Shown: positions 1-7,531, numbered from the stretch's first letter. The stretch: 18,799 nt of DNA from Candidatus Iainarchaeum sp. (GCA_030649345.1 JAUSKK010000004.1:1-18799); one strand, 5' to 3'. The notes: a model not told the origin generated them from the sequence alone. Made by a program: numbers and translations.

Positions 1-2532
1 AACAACTAAATTTGTAACTAAGTGATTTTTGATGAGTTCCAGCCATTGATTTTGTTCATCGGTAAATGTTTGACCTTTAGCAACTTTTTCTATTGCATTT
101 GATACACGCTCTTCTGCTGTAAGTAAAGGCTCTTTTTTAGCTACATGCTTGATAATAGAAATGATGTCAGCTAATTCATTATGATACGCTTTTCGCAAGT
201 TATCTTCTGTAAATCGTTCAGGTGTTTGATTTAATTTTTTTCTTAATTCAGTTAAAGCATCTGTATTCCAACCTTTTGGGCGGTCAAGTAATATTTTAAT
301 GGCTTGTATTTTGTCAGGATTGCTTTTAATGTATTTTTCAAACGCTTTCAAGTAATCAATTGGCTTTAATTCTCGGCCATCAATTGTGCGAAATACATAC
401 TCCGAAGAAACTGTATCCTGCGTTTCATATGCTCTTATGAACACTTTTTTCTTGCGAGGATAGTTTTTAATTAATTCTTGGAAGTTTTTATTTTGCAATA
501 TTTCAATAGTTTCCGCGAAATTTTTATCTAATTTTTCAGGCAATGATTGTGCAAACTTTCCAATATCTCCTTTTTCAAAATATTTTTCAAATAATGGCAT
601 TGCTTCTTGCGGATCCATATTTTTAGTCATTCTCTGAAAACGTCTAACCAAACACGTTACATTATAGTTTCGATCTTCGTTATGACTGACTGCAGTTACA
701 ACATCTTCAAATGTTCTACTGGGTTTTTCAGGCACATCTTGCGTGAAATCAGTTACTTTATTAAAATACTCCATTAAACTTCCATTAAAACAATCAAATA
801 CAGTAAAGTGCGTTTTGCCAATTTCTTCACACAGTCTTGTTCCACGACCCATCATTTGCGTAAATAAAATTCTAGATTTTACTGGGCGTAAAAATACGAT
901 GTTTTCTAGTTTAGGTATGTCCACACCGGTGGATAACATATCAACACTTACTACAATTCCTGGTTTTTGCCTATTTCTAAATTCTCTAATCCTTTGCAGT
1001 GGCCTATCTACATTTGGGTTTCCTGTAATTTTTTCTACAAATTCATCTCCACGTTCAAATAATTTTCGGCATATCTTTACGATTTCATCTGAATGAGATA
1101 CGTTAGGTAAATCATTTACCGCGAAAATAAGTGTTTTTGGAAATCTGCCAAGTTCTTTTTCTTGATCTTTAATATATTTTGCCATTTCTTTAAGGATTTG
1201 ATAATTACTTTCAGGCGAAGTTATCTCACGCTCTATTTTGGTGATTTCAAATATGCGTTCATCTTCTACTTGGTCCAATAATTCTTGGCCAGTCTCTGGG
1301 TCTATGAATCCAACTTTTTCATTTTCTTTTAAGAAAATTCCATTCATTCTAACGTCTGATGCAATTTTTACTATATCAAAGTCAACTAAATATCCATCTT
1401 TTACGGCTTGTTCATAATCATATCTATAAATTGGGTGCCCAAAATATGCTGTAGTGTGACTAGCCGGAGTTGCGGTTAACCCAATTTTTATACAATCAAA
1501 ATGATTAAGTGTTTGCCGCCATTTACTTTCCTCTGTTGAAGTATACCCTCGATGGCATTCATCTGCAATAATAACATCAAATGCATGCGTTGGAATATCT
1601 ATCTTTTTTACATCTTCTTCAACTTCTTCGTCTTCAAAACCTTCAGGGGCTCCAAATAATTGTGCTCTTAATCGTTGAATAGTTGAAACATAAACAAACG
1701 CATGTTCCGGTTTTGGGTTCTCTAAATAAGATTGAGGTATTTCTTCTAAATTAATTTTTTTCATATCTTCGTCTAAGTCTTCTTTGCGAATACGTTGACT
1801 ATAAACTTCATATATTTTTGCAAACTTTTTTCCAGGCTCAGGTTCAAATGTTTGAAATGCTTGAACTGCTTGTGCAGCTAATGATCGACGATCCACTAAA
1901 AACAAAATACGTTTTGCGTAATTAGATTTCATTAACCGGTAAATTGCAGAAATTACAGTGTAAGTTTTTCCGGTTCCAGTGGCCATTGCCAGCATCATTT
2001 CTTTTTTCTGTTTTTTCAAACCATCTTCAATTGCTTTTGTTGCATTGATTTGATAATAACGCAACCGTGGATGATCGTTTGGATGACTTGCAAACCACTG
2101 CGAAGCAATTTTCTTGTTATCTAAAAGATACTGAATTAATGCCTGGGGCGTATGAAATTGACTAACTTGACGAGACAAACTATTTTCTTCTCGTAAATCT
2201 CTAAACCAAATAGTGATTCCGTTTGTGGAATAAATAAATGGAACTTTGTAACCATTAAAATCATAAGGGCTATTTTTTATTCCTCGTGCATATCTTTGAG
2301 CTTGAGTTAAAACATTTTGAGGTCCAACTGAAAGCTTTTTTGCTTCAACGATTCCGACTAATAGTCCATCAATGAATAATCCATAGTCTGCTGGCCCTGC
2401 ACTGGTTTCTAATTCATAAACTGCATAATTTCCTTTATTTGGAATTGCATCAGTTGGGTTCAATATCTTCCAGCCAGAAGCTTTCAGTTTAGGATCAATA
2501 TCCTCATAACGAGTTTTACTTTCAGATTTCAT
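1..2532 (-). CDS. hsdR: Type I restriction enzyme R subunit (HsdR)-like SF2 helicase-nuclease; partial, 3' end runs off the left edge (844 codons visible)
   Basis: Absent from the supplied ORF track because it has no in-window stop. Reverse-strand ATG at 2532..2530. My hand translation stays open down to position 1: MKSESKTRYEDIDPKLKASGW... It shows a PD-(D/E)xK-like core (PADYGLF...GIVEAKK), Walker A AMATGTGKT, a DECH box, TATP, helicase motif VI QMMGRGTR, and a C-terminal part resembling the EcoEI-type R-subunit C-terminal domain (DYLKAFEKYIKSNPDKIQAIKILL...). Confidence 0.85.
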   Translation of the reverse strand, partial: MKSESKTRYEDIDPKLKASGWKILNPTDAIPNKGNYAVYELETSAGPADYGLFIDGLLVGIVEAKKLSVGPQNVLTQAQRYARGIKNSPYDFNGYKVPFIYSTNGITIWFRDLREENSLSRQVSQFHTPQALIQYLLDNKKIASQWFASHPNDHPRLRYYQINATKAIEDGLKKQKKEMMLAMATGTGKTYTVISAIYRLMKSNYAKRILFLVDRRSLAAQAVQAFQTFEPEPGKKFAKIYEVYSQRIRKEDLDEDMKKINLEEIPQSYLENPKPEHAFVYVSTIQRLRAQLFGAPEGFEDEEVEEDVKKIDIPTHAFDVIIADECHRGYTSTEESKWRQTLNHFDCIKIGLTATPASHTTAYFGHPIYRYDYEQAVKDGYLVDFDIVKIASDVRMNGIFLKENEKVGFIDPETGQELLDQVEDERIFEITKIEREITSPESNYQILKEMAKYIKDQEKELGRFPKTLIFAVNDLPNVSHSDEIVKICRKLFERGDEFVEKITGNPNVDRPLQRIREFRNRQKPGIVVSVDMLSTGVDIPKLENIVFLRPVKSRILFTQMMGRGTRLCEEIGKTHFTVFDCFNGSLMEYFNKVTDFTQDVPEKPSRTFEDVVTAVSHNEDRNYNVTCLVRRFQRMTKNMDPQEAMPLFEKYFEKGDIGKFAQSLPEKLDKNFAETIEILQNKNFQELIKNYPRKKKVFIRAYETQDTVSSEYVFRTIDGRELKPIDYLKAFEKYIKSNPDKIQAIKILLDRPKGWNTDALTELRKKLNQTPERFTEDNLRKAYHNELADIISIIKHVAKKEPLLTAEERVSNAIEKVAKGQTFTDEQNQWLELIKNHLVTNLVV

Positions 2533-2643
2533 AAAAACCTATTTAAATACGCAAAAAAGGAAATTTAAACCTACTCAATTACCCGCAATTCAAGCAGTTC
2601 AAAACGCGTTTTATTGATAAAATTAGTAATTATTGGCCCTTAA

Positions 2644-2661
2644 CGGTTAGAATTCTAACCG
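2644..2661. promoter_or_regulatory. Perfect 18-bp palindrome CGGTTAGAATTCTAACCG in the hsdR / small-ORF divergent region (candidate operator)
   Basis: The reverse complement equals itself (checked by hand). It is flanked by gccc/gggc, which could extend a hairpin. It shares TAGAA/TTCTA half-sites with the palindrome at 2688..2701. Confidence 0.35.
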
Positions 2662-2687
2662 GGGCAGTCTTGGTTTTCATTTAGTCA

Positions 2688-2701
2688 AATTCTATAGAAT
2701 T
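2688..2701. promoter_or_regulatory. Perfect 14-bp palindrome AATTCTATAGAATT (second candidate operator)
   Basis: Self-complementary by hand check. The half-sites TTCTA/TAGAA are the same pentamers as in the 18-bp palindrome, in everted order. The two centres are about 42 bp apart. Confidence 0.3.
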
Positions 2702-2765
2702 CACATGTTAGTTGTTTAAAAGTCTGAGAATTTACTGTTTGTTATTGCTTTGAGAGTTGATGTAA

Positions 2766-3035
2766 ATGGATTTAACGAAAGAGTGTCTTGTTTCTGGAAA
2801 ACAAGGATTTGAACGAGAAGATGAAATGAAGTTTGCCATTATTGAAGTGCAAGGAAAAGCCTACGACAAAATTAGACTAAACAGAATTCCGGGACTTCGG
2901 TTTCGAGAACTATTAAGCGTTTCTGAACACCCAATCCATGAAGAACATCCAATACTGGTTTTATCCACGTGCGAAATCCTTTTAGGTGGAGAAGAAAAAG
3001 CAAGCAAAAGAACGTTGTGTGTGATTGGAAAATAA
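2766..3035 (+). CDS. Small hypothetical protein (89 aa; alternative ATG at 2826 gives 69 aa)
   Basis: ORF only, with no motif I recognise. A TATA-like GTTTAAAAG at about 2713..2723 would give a short leader. Position between hsdR and the HEPN-like gene is the only context support. Confidence 0.35.
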   Translation: MDLTKECLVSGKQGFEREDEMKFAIIEVQGKAYDKIRLNRIPGLRFRELLSVSEHPIHEEHPILVLSTCEILLGGEEKASKRTLCVIGK

Positions 3036-3096
3036 TCTTGTGAGATTTATTTGTAATGTCTGCATACTTAATTAAAAGTATTGTCCTATTGTTTAA

Positions 3097-3825
3097 ATGA
3101 TAAATATGGCACTAACTGAAGAAAAGAAAGAAGAGGTTCGTCAGTTTGCACTAGAGAAAATCATTGAAATGATTAATCACAACCATGCTGATGAAGTATC
3201 TCATAACGTTTTAGATGCCATTCGTAAATCTAAATATAACGAATTTATTCAAGGGGACAAAAGTGACGCTTTTATTTATGAATATTTTTATGGGTTAGTC
3301 AGACAAGGTATTTTGTATCTTGAAATTTCATCTACTGATGTAAGGGTAAAACTTGCATCAAATGCAAAGAACTTTGTAATTAATGGAACTATTTTGAGTT
3401 CTGATTTATCTACATATAAAAAAGATTATCCCTTTTTTTCAAATATTTTATCAAATTATGTTTGTAAAGATGACGTTGAATTTTATTTTCTGGAATGTTT
3501 GAAATCATATCATAATGGGTGTTTTGCATCTACAATAATTTGTTTAGGTATTTGTTCTGAACTTATTCTGACCGAATTAGCATCAAAAAAAAGCATAGGT
3601 CCGAACAAGCCAGCTGTGCTAATTAATAGTTTACGTGACTTTGTAATGCCGCATGATAAATTACTTGCTTATGAGTTCTACAATTATGCAACGCTATTTA
3701 GGGAAGGTAGAAATGATGAGGTGCATATTAAATTTGGATATCCGGACCTACAAAAATGTAATTTTTTGATAAAACATTTTCTTTTAAAATTAGAAATTAT
3801 TGATAAGATTGAAAAGCTATCGTAA
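3097..3825 (+). CDS. Hypothetical protein with a C-terminal HEPN / DUF4145-like domain (Rx4H motif) and an uncharacterised N-terminal half
   Basis: The C-terminal helical segment CFASTIICLGICSELILTELAS ... LFREGRNDEVH ... LIKHFLLKLEII matches the remembered DUF4145/HEPN pattern (R..GN...H; here RNDEVH = Rx4H). TATA-like CTTAATTAAAAG is centred about 24 nt upstream of ATG 3097. Confidence 0.55.
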   Translation: MINMALTEEKKEEVRQFALEKIIEMINHNHADEVSHNVLDAIRKSKYNEFIQGDKSDAFIYEYFYGLVRQGILYLEISSTDVRVKLASNAKNFVINGTILSSDLSTYKKDYPFFSNILSNYVCKDDVEFYFLECLKSYHNGCFASTIICLGICSELILTELASKKSIGPNKPAVLINSLRDFVMPHDKLLAYEFYNYATLFREGRNDEVHIKFGYPDLQKCNFLIKHFLLKLEIIDKIEKLS

Positions 3826-5061
3826 CTATTTTTTATTCTTACTCCACTCATTCAAAAATTCACTGAATTGTTTTAAATCCAGTCCTTTGTTTTCTAAATC
3901 TTTTAATTGGCCAACCACATTATTGAGAAATTCATAGCTTTGTTCTGTTTTTGTTGCTAAGACTTCAACTGACGCTTTTTCAGACAAGGCGTTTCCACAT
4001 TTTTTGCATAACTTAAACACACTTGGATTTTTGGTGTCGCAGCGTTTGCATTGAATAATTGAAACAGTTTCTTGTGCAGATTCTTCACTGATTTTGATTC
4101 CATGAACTTTTAAAATTGCATTATCAATATCTCTACCACTTAAATGAACATAACGTGCAGCCATGTCACTGTCTTGTGTCCAGCCAAAATACATTTTAAG
4201 TTCAGCTTCGGTTAATTTTTTGGCTAAAATTGTAGCACGCGCATGCCGAAACGAATGCGGATTAATTCTTTTCTTAATTCCAGCCAATTTCGCAGTATGT
4301 TCCAGCATTTTCTTAATCGTGCGAGGATTCATAGAATTTTCAGTATCAGAATAAGTTTTACGAACAGAAGTCCAAAGCATAGCCTCCGGATTATCTTTAA
4401 ACGGATGCTGGTTAATCCAATTTGACAAATAAGAACTACAAGCAACTAACGGAATTCTTCTCTGGCCAGTTTTTCCTTTCACAGAAATAGAAGTAATATG
4501 CTCACCAAAAACAACATCTTTAATTTGTAAACTAAGCATCTCGCCTAATCTTGCACCGCTTTCATATAAAACAAAAATAAAAGCCTTGTCTCGCAAATTA
4601 GAACCGTGTTCAACCAACTTTAAAGCATCGGATTCAGTCAATAAATCTTCCGGCAGCATACTGTTTTTCGGTTGTCTTGTTTTAATCCAGCGAACAATAT
4701 CAGGATGATCTAAGTCTTTGCCTAAAAGCCATTTATAAAACCGCTTTAAAACTTTTTTATAATCTTGCTTTGTCCATTCAGCAATAGGCAAATCACGCTC
4801 AACTTTTAAAATCAATTTTTTAATATCACGATCTTTAGCTTTACGAAAAGTAGTATCCAATTCTTTCAATTGTAAAGCATGCCAGCGCAAAATAGGAACA
4901 GCTTTCCGCATACGATTATATGAAATGCCTAAAGCAAGCATGTCGTCTGAGAAATCAAGAACATCCTGCAAGTCAGTTTTAGAAATGCCGGAAGTTTTCA
5001 AAGAATTAATGGAATAATTAAAGCCATGACGGCAATCATACAAATCCCTATATATCGCCAT
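3826..5061 (-). CDS. int: Tyrosine recombinase / phage-type integrase with a C-terminal zinc-ribbon extension
   Basis: Catalytic signature ESGARLGEM (Arg box), HSFRHARAT (HxxR) and AARYVHLS (Tyr). After the catalytic Tyr comes about 85 extra aa containing CKRC-x11-CKKC. The gene lies directly downstream of the tRNA-Asn 3' end. Confidence 0.9.
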   Translation of the reverse strand: MAIYRDLYDCRHGFNYSINSLKTSGISKTDLQDVLDFSDDMLALGISYNRMRKAVPILRWHALQLKELDTTFRKAKDRDIKKLILKVERDLPIAEWTKQDYKKVLKRFYKWLLGKDLDHPDIVRWIKTRQPKNSMLPEDLLTESDALKLVEHGSNLRDKAFIFVLYESGARLGEMLSLQIKDVVFGEHITSISVKGKTGQRRIPLVACSSYLSNWINQHPFKDNPEAMLWTSVRKTYSDTENSMNPRTIKKMLEHTAKLAGIKKRINPHSFRHARATILAKKLTEAELKMYFGWTQDSDMAARYVHLSGRDIDNAILKVHGIKISEESAQETVSIIQCKRCDTKNPSVFKLCKKCGNALSEKASVEVLATKTEQSYEFLNNVVGQLKDLENKGLDLKQFSEFLNEWSKNKK

Positions 5062-5095
5062 AGTAACTATATGACACTATATGCTTATTAACCTG

Positions 5096-5107
5096 AGGGA
5101 TCGCACC
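5096..5107 (-). repeat. Degenerate copy (11/12) of the tRNA-Asn T-arm/T-loop segment; possible att remnant
   Basis: Plus-strand agggatcgcacc (5096..5107) versus agggatcgaacc inside the tRNA (5128..5139), same orientation, 32 nt apart. Confidence 0.4.
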
Positions 5108-5117
5108 ATTGGTAGGA

Positions 5118-5189
5118 CGCCCACGGAAGGGATCGAACCTTCGACCACCCGGTTAACAGCCGGGTGCTCTACCGCTGAGCTACATGGGC
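5118..5189 (-). tRNA. tRNA-Asn (anticodon GTT), 72 nt, no intron, no encoded CCA
   Basis: Reverse strand reads GCCCATG TA GCTC AGCGGTA GAGC A CCCGG CTGTTAA CCGGG TGGTC GAAGG TTCGATC CCTTC CGTGGGC G. It folds as a full cloverleaf: 7-bp acceptor stem with one G-U pair, 4-bp D stem, 5-bp anticodon stem, 5-bp T stem. The anticodon loop is C-T-GTT-A-A. Confidence 0.9.
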
Positions 5190-5194
5190 AATCA

Positions 5195-5249
5195 GAACCT
5201 TAGGTTCCGATACCTCCTGATGTTCGATCTTCACAAAGTTCGATCGAAC
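5195..5249. repeat. Cluster of short hairpins/palindromes built from GTTCGATC-like (T-loop-like) words upstream of the tRNA
   Basis: gaacc-tta-ggttc lies at 5195..5207. gttcgatc (5222..5229) is repeated at 5238..5245. The 12-bp palindrome gttcgatcgaac lies at 5238..5249. gatcgaac (5242..5249) is identical to the tRNA T-loop word at 5132..5139. Confidence 0.4.
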
Positions 5250-5327
5250 TTAATAAATCAGAAAATTATTCGAAACCAGTTCTATAACAAGTAAATGAAA
5301 AGAATATTAATAAACTTAATTGTGGGC

Positions 5328-5912
5328 TTAAACACTTGGAGCTCGACCCAATAGTTTATTTTTTGCAATTCTTACACCAAAAACAAGCTGCGCTTTTACT
5401 GGACTGATTTTCCATAACGCATAAAACTCTCTAAAAGTATCAAATAATTCACGTTCAGTTGGAGGAAATGTTTTACACGCATACGCTAAGCCAGCTAAAC
5501 CTGGGCCCATTTCAGTATGAATTTTTTTAATTTCCTCAGGAAGCCCACGATATTCTTGCCTAGACATAGGCCGTATTCCAACCAAACTTAATTCGCCTTT
5601 TAATAAATTCCAAATTTGAGGCAATTCATCTACATGAAAACGCCGCAACAATTTGCCTAATTTTGTGACGCGTGCATCATTTGCAAGCAATCTTCCTCGG
5701 CCAGTAATATCATGCGGACTAAAACCATACACAGCATCGCGTTTCATAGTTCTAAATTTACTAATTCGAATTGGTTTACCTTTTCTGCCAATCCGAATAG
5801 AATGATGAAACAACAAAGTATCCCGATGAAAACGAATTGGCTTGCTGGGTTTTCTTTTTTGCATACAAAACATCAAGGTGCTGAACAAATAAAAAGATAT
5901 ATTTGACTCCAA
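5328..5912 (-). CDS. Bacterial-type sugar transferase / phosphoglycosyl transferase catalytic domain (PglC/WbaP family); start uncertain, probably ATG at 5873 or 5864
   Basis: Family signature GKPIRISKFRTM ... DARVTKLGKLLRRFHVDELPQIWNLLKGELSLVGIRP. The track start at 5912 is a TTG. A good TATA box (minus-strand AAATATATC, 5894..5903) sits about 25 nt upstream of ATG 5873, inside the TTG-extended ORF. Confidence 0.8.
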   Translation of the reverse strand: MESNISFYLFSTLMFCMQKRKPSKPIRFHRDTLLFHHSIRIGRKGKPIRISKFRTMKRDAVYGFSPHDITGRGRLLANDARVTKLGKLLRRFHVDELPQIWNLLKGELSLVGIRPMSRQEYRGLPEEIKKIHTEMGPGLAGLAYACKTFPPTERELFDTFREFYALWKISPVKAQLVFGVRIAKNKLLGRAPSV

Positions 5913-6391
5913 AATATCGCATTACAAAATATTCAACACCATGACATAACTGGCTTCAAAAATAAAAAACAAACAACACAACACAAATTGTTGGAAGGAA
6001 CTCTTTTTGAAAACTATACATAATTAGTTGATCGTCAAACAAGCAAACGACAATTAACACAAAAAAATAAACATAAAAAATTGACCAAAATTAGAATTAA
6101 AGGAAATTATGATAACAAAAGTTGAAATAAAGGTTAAACAACACTTAATTTGTTAAAAAAAATTAAAACAGGCGAATAAAGGCCTATTTTTATGCACAAT
6201 AAGTATACATAACTAATCTTCGCGTTAACAAAACCTTATTTTAAAAACAGGGTGTTAATTTTCCTTTTTTTTCAAAACAAAAGCTATTTAAAGGAGTTAA
6301 GCTATATATTATGTTAATTATTTTTATAACTATTAATTAGTTGTAAAAACTACAAAAACTATTAAAAATAGGGGAATATCGGGGTGAAATT

Positions 6392-7474
6392 GTGAAGAGT
6401 ATTATAGATAACGCTATGGAAAAGAGTCCAACAGCAAATGCTGAAGATAAACTAGAAGAATTCGGAACACCAAAGATTATGGTTATTGGTGCCGGTGGTG
6501 CTGGATGTAATGCTGTCAATCGATTGGCTAACATGGGAATCTCAGGAGCTCAATTAGTTGCAGTTAATACAGACAAACAACACTTAGCAATCATTAACGA
6601 CGAATTAACAAAAATTTTAATTGGAAAATCAGTTACTCGAGGTTTAGGTGCTGGCGGATATCCAGAAATTGGAGCCAAAGCAGCTGAAGTCTCACGAAAC
6701 GCTTTAGAAGAAGTCTTAAGCGGAGTAGACATGTTGTTCTTGAGTGCTGGAATGGGTGGAGGAACCGGAACAGGTGCAGCTCCAATCATTGCAGAAATTG
6801 CTAAAGAACAAGGTGCAATTGTGATTGCTATGGTAACCTATCCTTTTGCCTTAGAAAAAGCACGATTAATTAAAGCAGAAGAAGGACTTCAAACATTACA
6901 ACAAGTCACAGACACTGTTGTAGTAATTGATAACAATCGATTGGTTGAATTGGTTCCAAACTTGCCAATCCAAGACGCTTTTAAAGTAGCGGATGAAGTT
7001 GTTGCAAGAACAGTAAGAGGAATCACTGAAACCATTACACAACCTTCTTTGATTAACTTAGATTATGCGGATGTACGCGCAGTCATGAGTAACAAAGGAT
7101 TGAGTGTAATTGCAGTTGGAGAATCTAAATCTGTAAACAAAGTCGATGAAGTAGTTGAAGACACTTTAAAGAACGCTTTGTTAGATGTAGACATCCAAGG
7201 AGCAACCGGTTGCTTAATCCATATTACAGGCGGTCCTGAATTAACTTTAGGTGAAGCTAACGGTGTAGGAGAAATGTTAACTGAACGAATTGACTCTAGA
7301 GCCTCCGTAATTTGGGGTGCAAGAGTTGATCCAACTTTCGAAAACAAAATGGAAGTTATCAGCATTTTCACTGGAGTAACCAGCCCTTACATTAAAAGTG
7401 TAGGCCACAGTAAAGTGGAAAGTAGATCCGGAAGCAGAGGAAGAGACGCTTTAGGATTAGACTACATTCGATAA
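6392..7474 (+). CDS. ftsZ: Cell division GTPase FtsZ
   Basis: VIGAGGAGCNAVNRL, tubulin signature GMGGGTGTGAAP, NTD...L, and an archaeal FtsZ-like length of 360 aa. GTG start at 6392 is preceded by GGGGTGA 5 nt upstream. An alternative ATG lies at 6416. Confidence 0.95.
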   Translation: MKSIIDNAMEKSPTANAEDKLEEFGTPKIMVIGAGGAGCNAVNRLANMGISGAQLVAVNTDKQHLAIINDELTKILIGKSVTRGLGAGGYPEIGAKAAEVSRNALEEVLSGVDMLFLSAGMGGGTGTGAAPIIAEIAKEQGAIVIAMVTYPFALEKARLIKAEEGLQTLQQVTDTVVVIDNNRLVELVPNLPIQDAFKVADEVVARTVRGITETITQPSLINLDYADVRAVMSNKGLSVIAVGESKSVNKVDEVVEDTLKNALLDVDIQGATGCLIHITGGPELTLGEANGVGEMLTERIDSRASVIWGARVDPTFENKMEVISIFTGVTSPYIKSVGHSKVESRSGSRGRDALGLDYIR

Positions 7475-7489
7475 ACGGTTTAAGGAAAA

Positions 7490-7531
7490 GAATTGAGCCC
7501 AATAAACTCAATTCTTTTTTTCTATTTTTTT
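7490..7531 (+). terminator. Hairpin plus oligo-T tracts downstream of ftsZ
   Basis: gaattgag (7490..7497) / ctcaattc (7507..7514) form an 8-bp stem with a 9-nt loop. This is followed by TTTTTTT C TATTTTTTT. Oligo-T tracts are the known archaeal termination signal. Confidence 0.6.

Larger units (their letters stand above)
1..5117. mobile_element. Putative integrated element / genomic island abutting the 3' end of tRNA-Asn; left boundary lies outside the window
   Basis: A tyrosine integrase gene starts 57 nt downstream of the tRNA 3' end on the same strand. The cargo is defence-type (HsdR-like, HEPN-like). A degenerate copy of the tRNA T-loop segment lies between the tRNA and int. No second att copy is visible in the window, so the extent is unknown. 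Confidence 0.5.

Noticed and set aside
743-1096. 117-aa plus-strand ORF from the track
   Set aside because: It lies entirely antisense to the strongly supported HsdR-like reading frame and has no motifs. It is a typical shadow ORF of an AT-rich gene.
4163-4425. Two plus-strand ORFs (63 and 60 aa) inside the integrase gene
   Set aside because: They are antisense to the integrase catalytic-domain region, short and low complexity, with no independent start signals.
5208-5220. CCTCC-containing word (gatacctcctga), considered as a 16S rRNA 3'-end fragment or anti-SD mimic
   Set aside because: It is only a pentamer match, with no flanking rRNA-like sequence. It is most simply part of the tRNA upstream region.
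5712-5906. 64-aa plus-strand ORF
   Set aside because: It is antisense to the conserved KFRTM region of the sugar transferase.
5913-6391. Possible replication origin in the long AT-rich spacer
   Set aside because: I found no repeated ORB or mini-ORB-like inverted elements. There is no adjacent orc1/cdc6 gene. Only short A(A/T)TAAAGG words recur. I kept it as a low-interest note on the unusual spacer, not as an origin call.
6337-7371. Three minus-strand ORFs (65, 79 and 102 aa) overlapping ftsZ
   Set aside because: They are antisense to FtsZ. Their Pro/Ala-rich translations are the mirror of the Gly-rich tubulin motifs.
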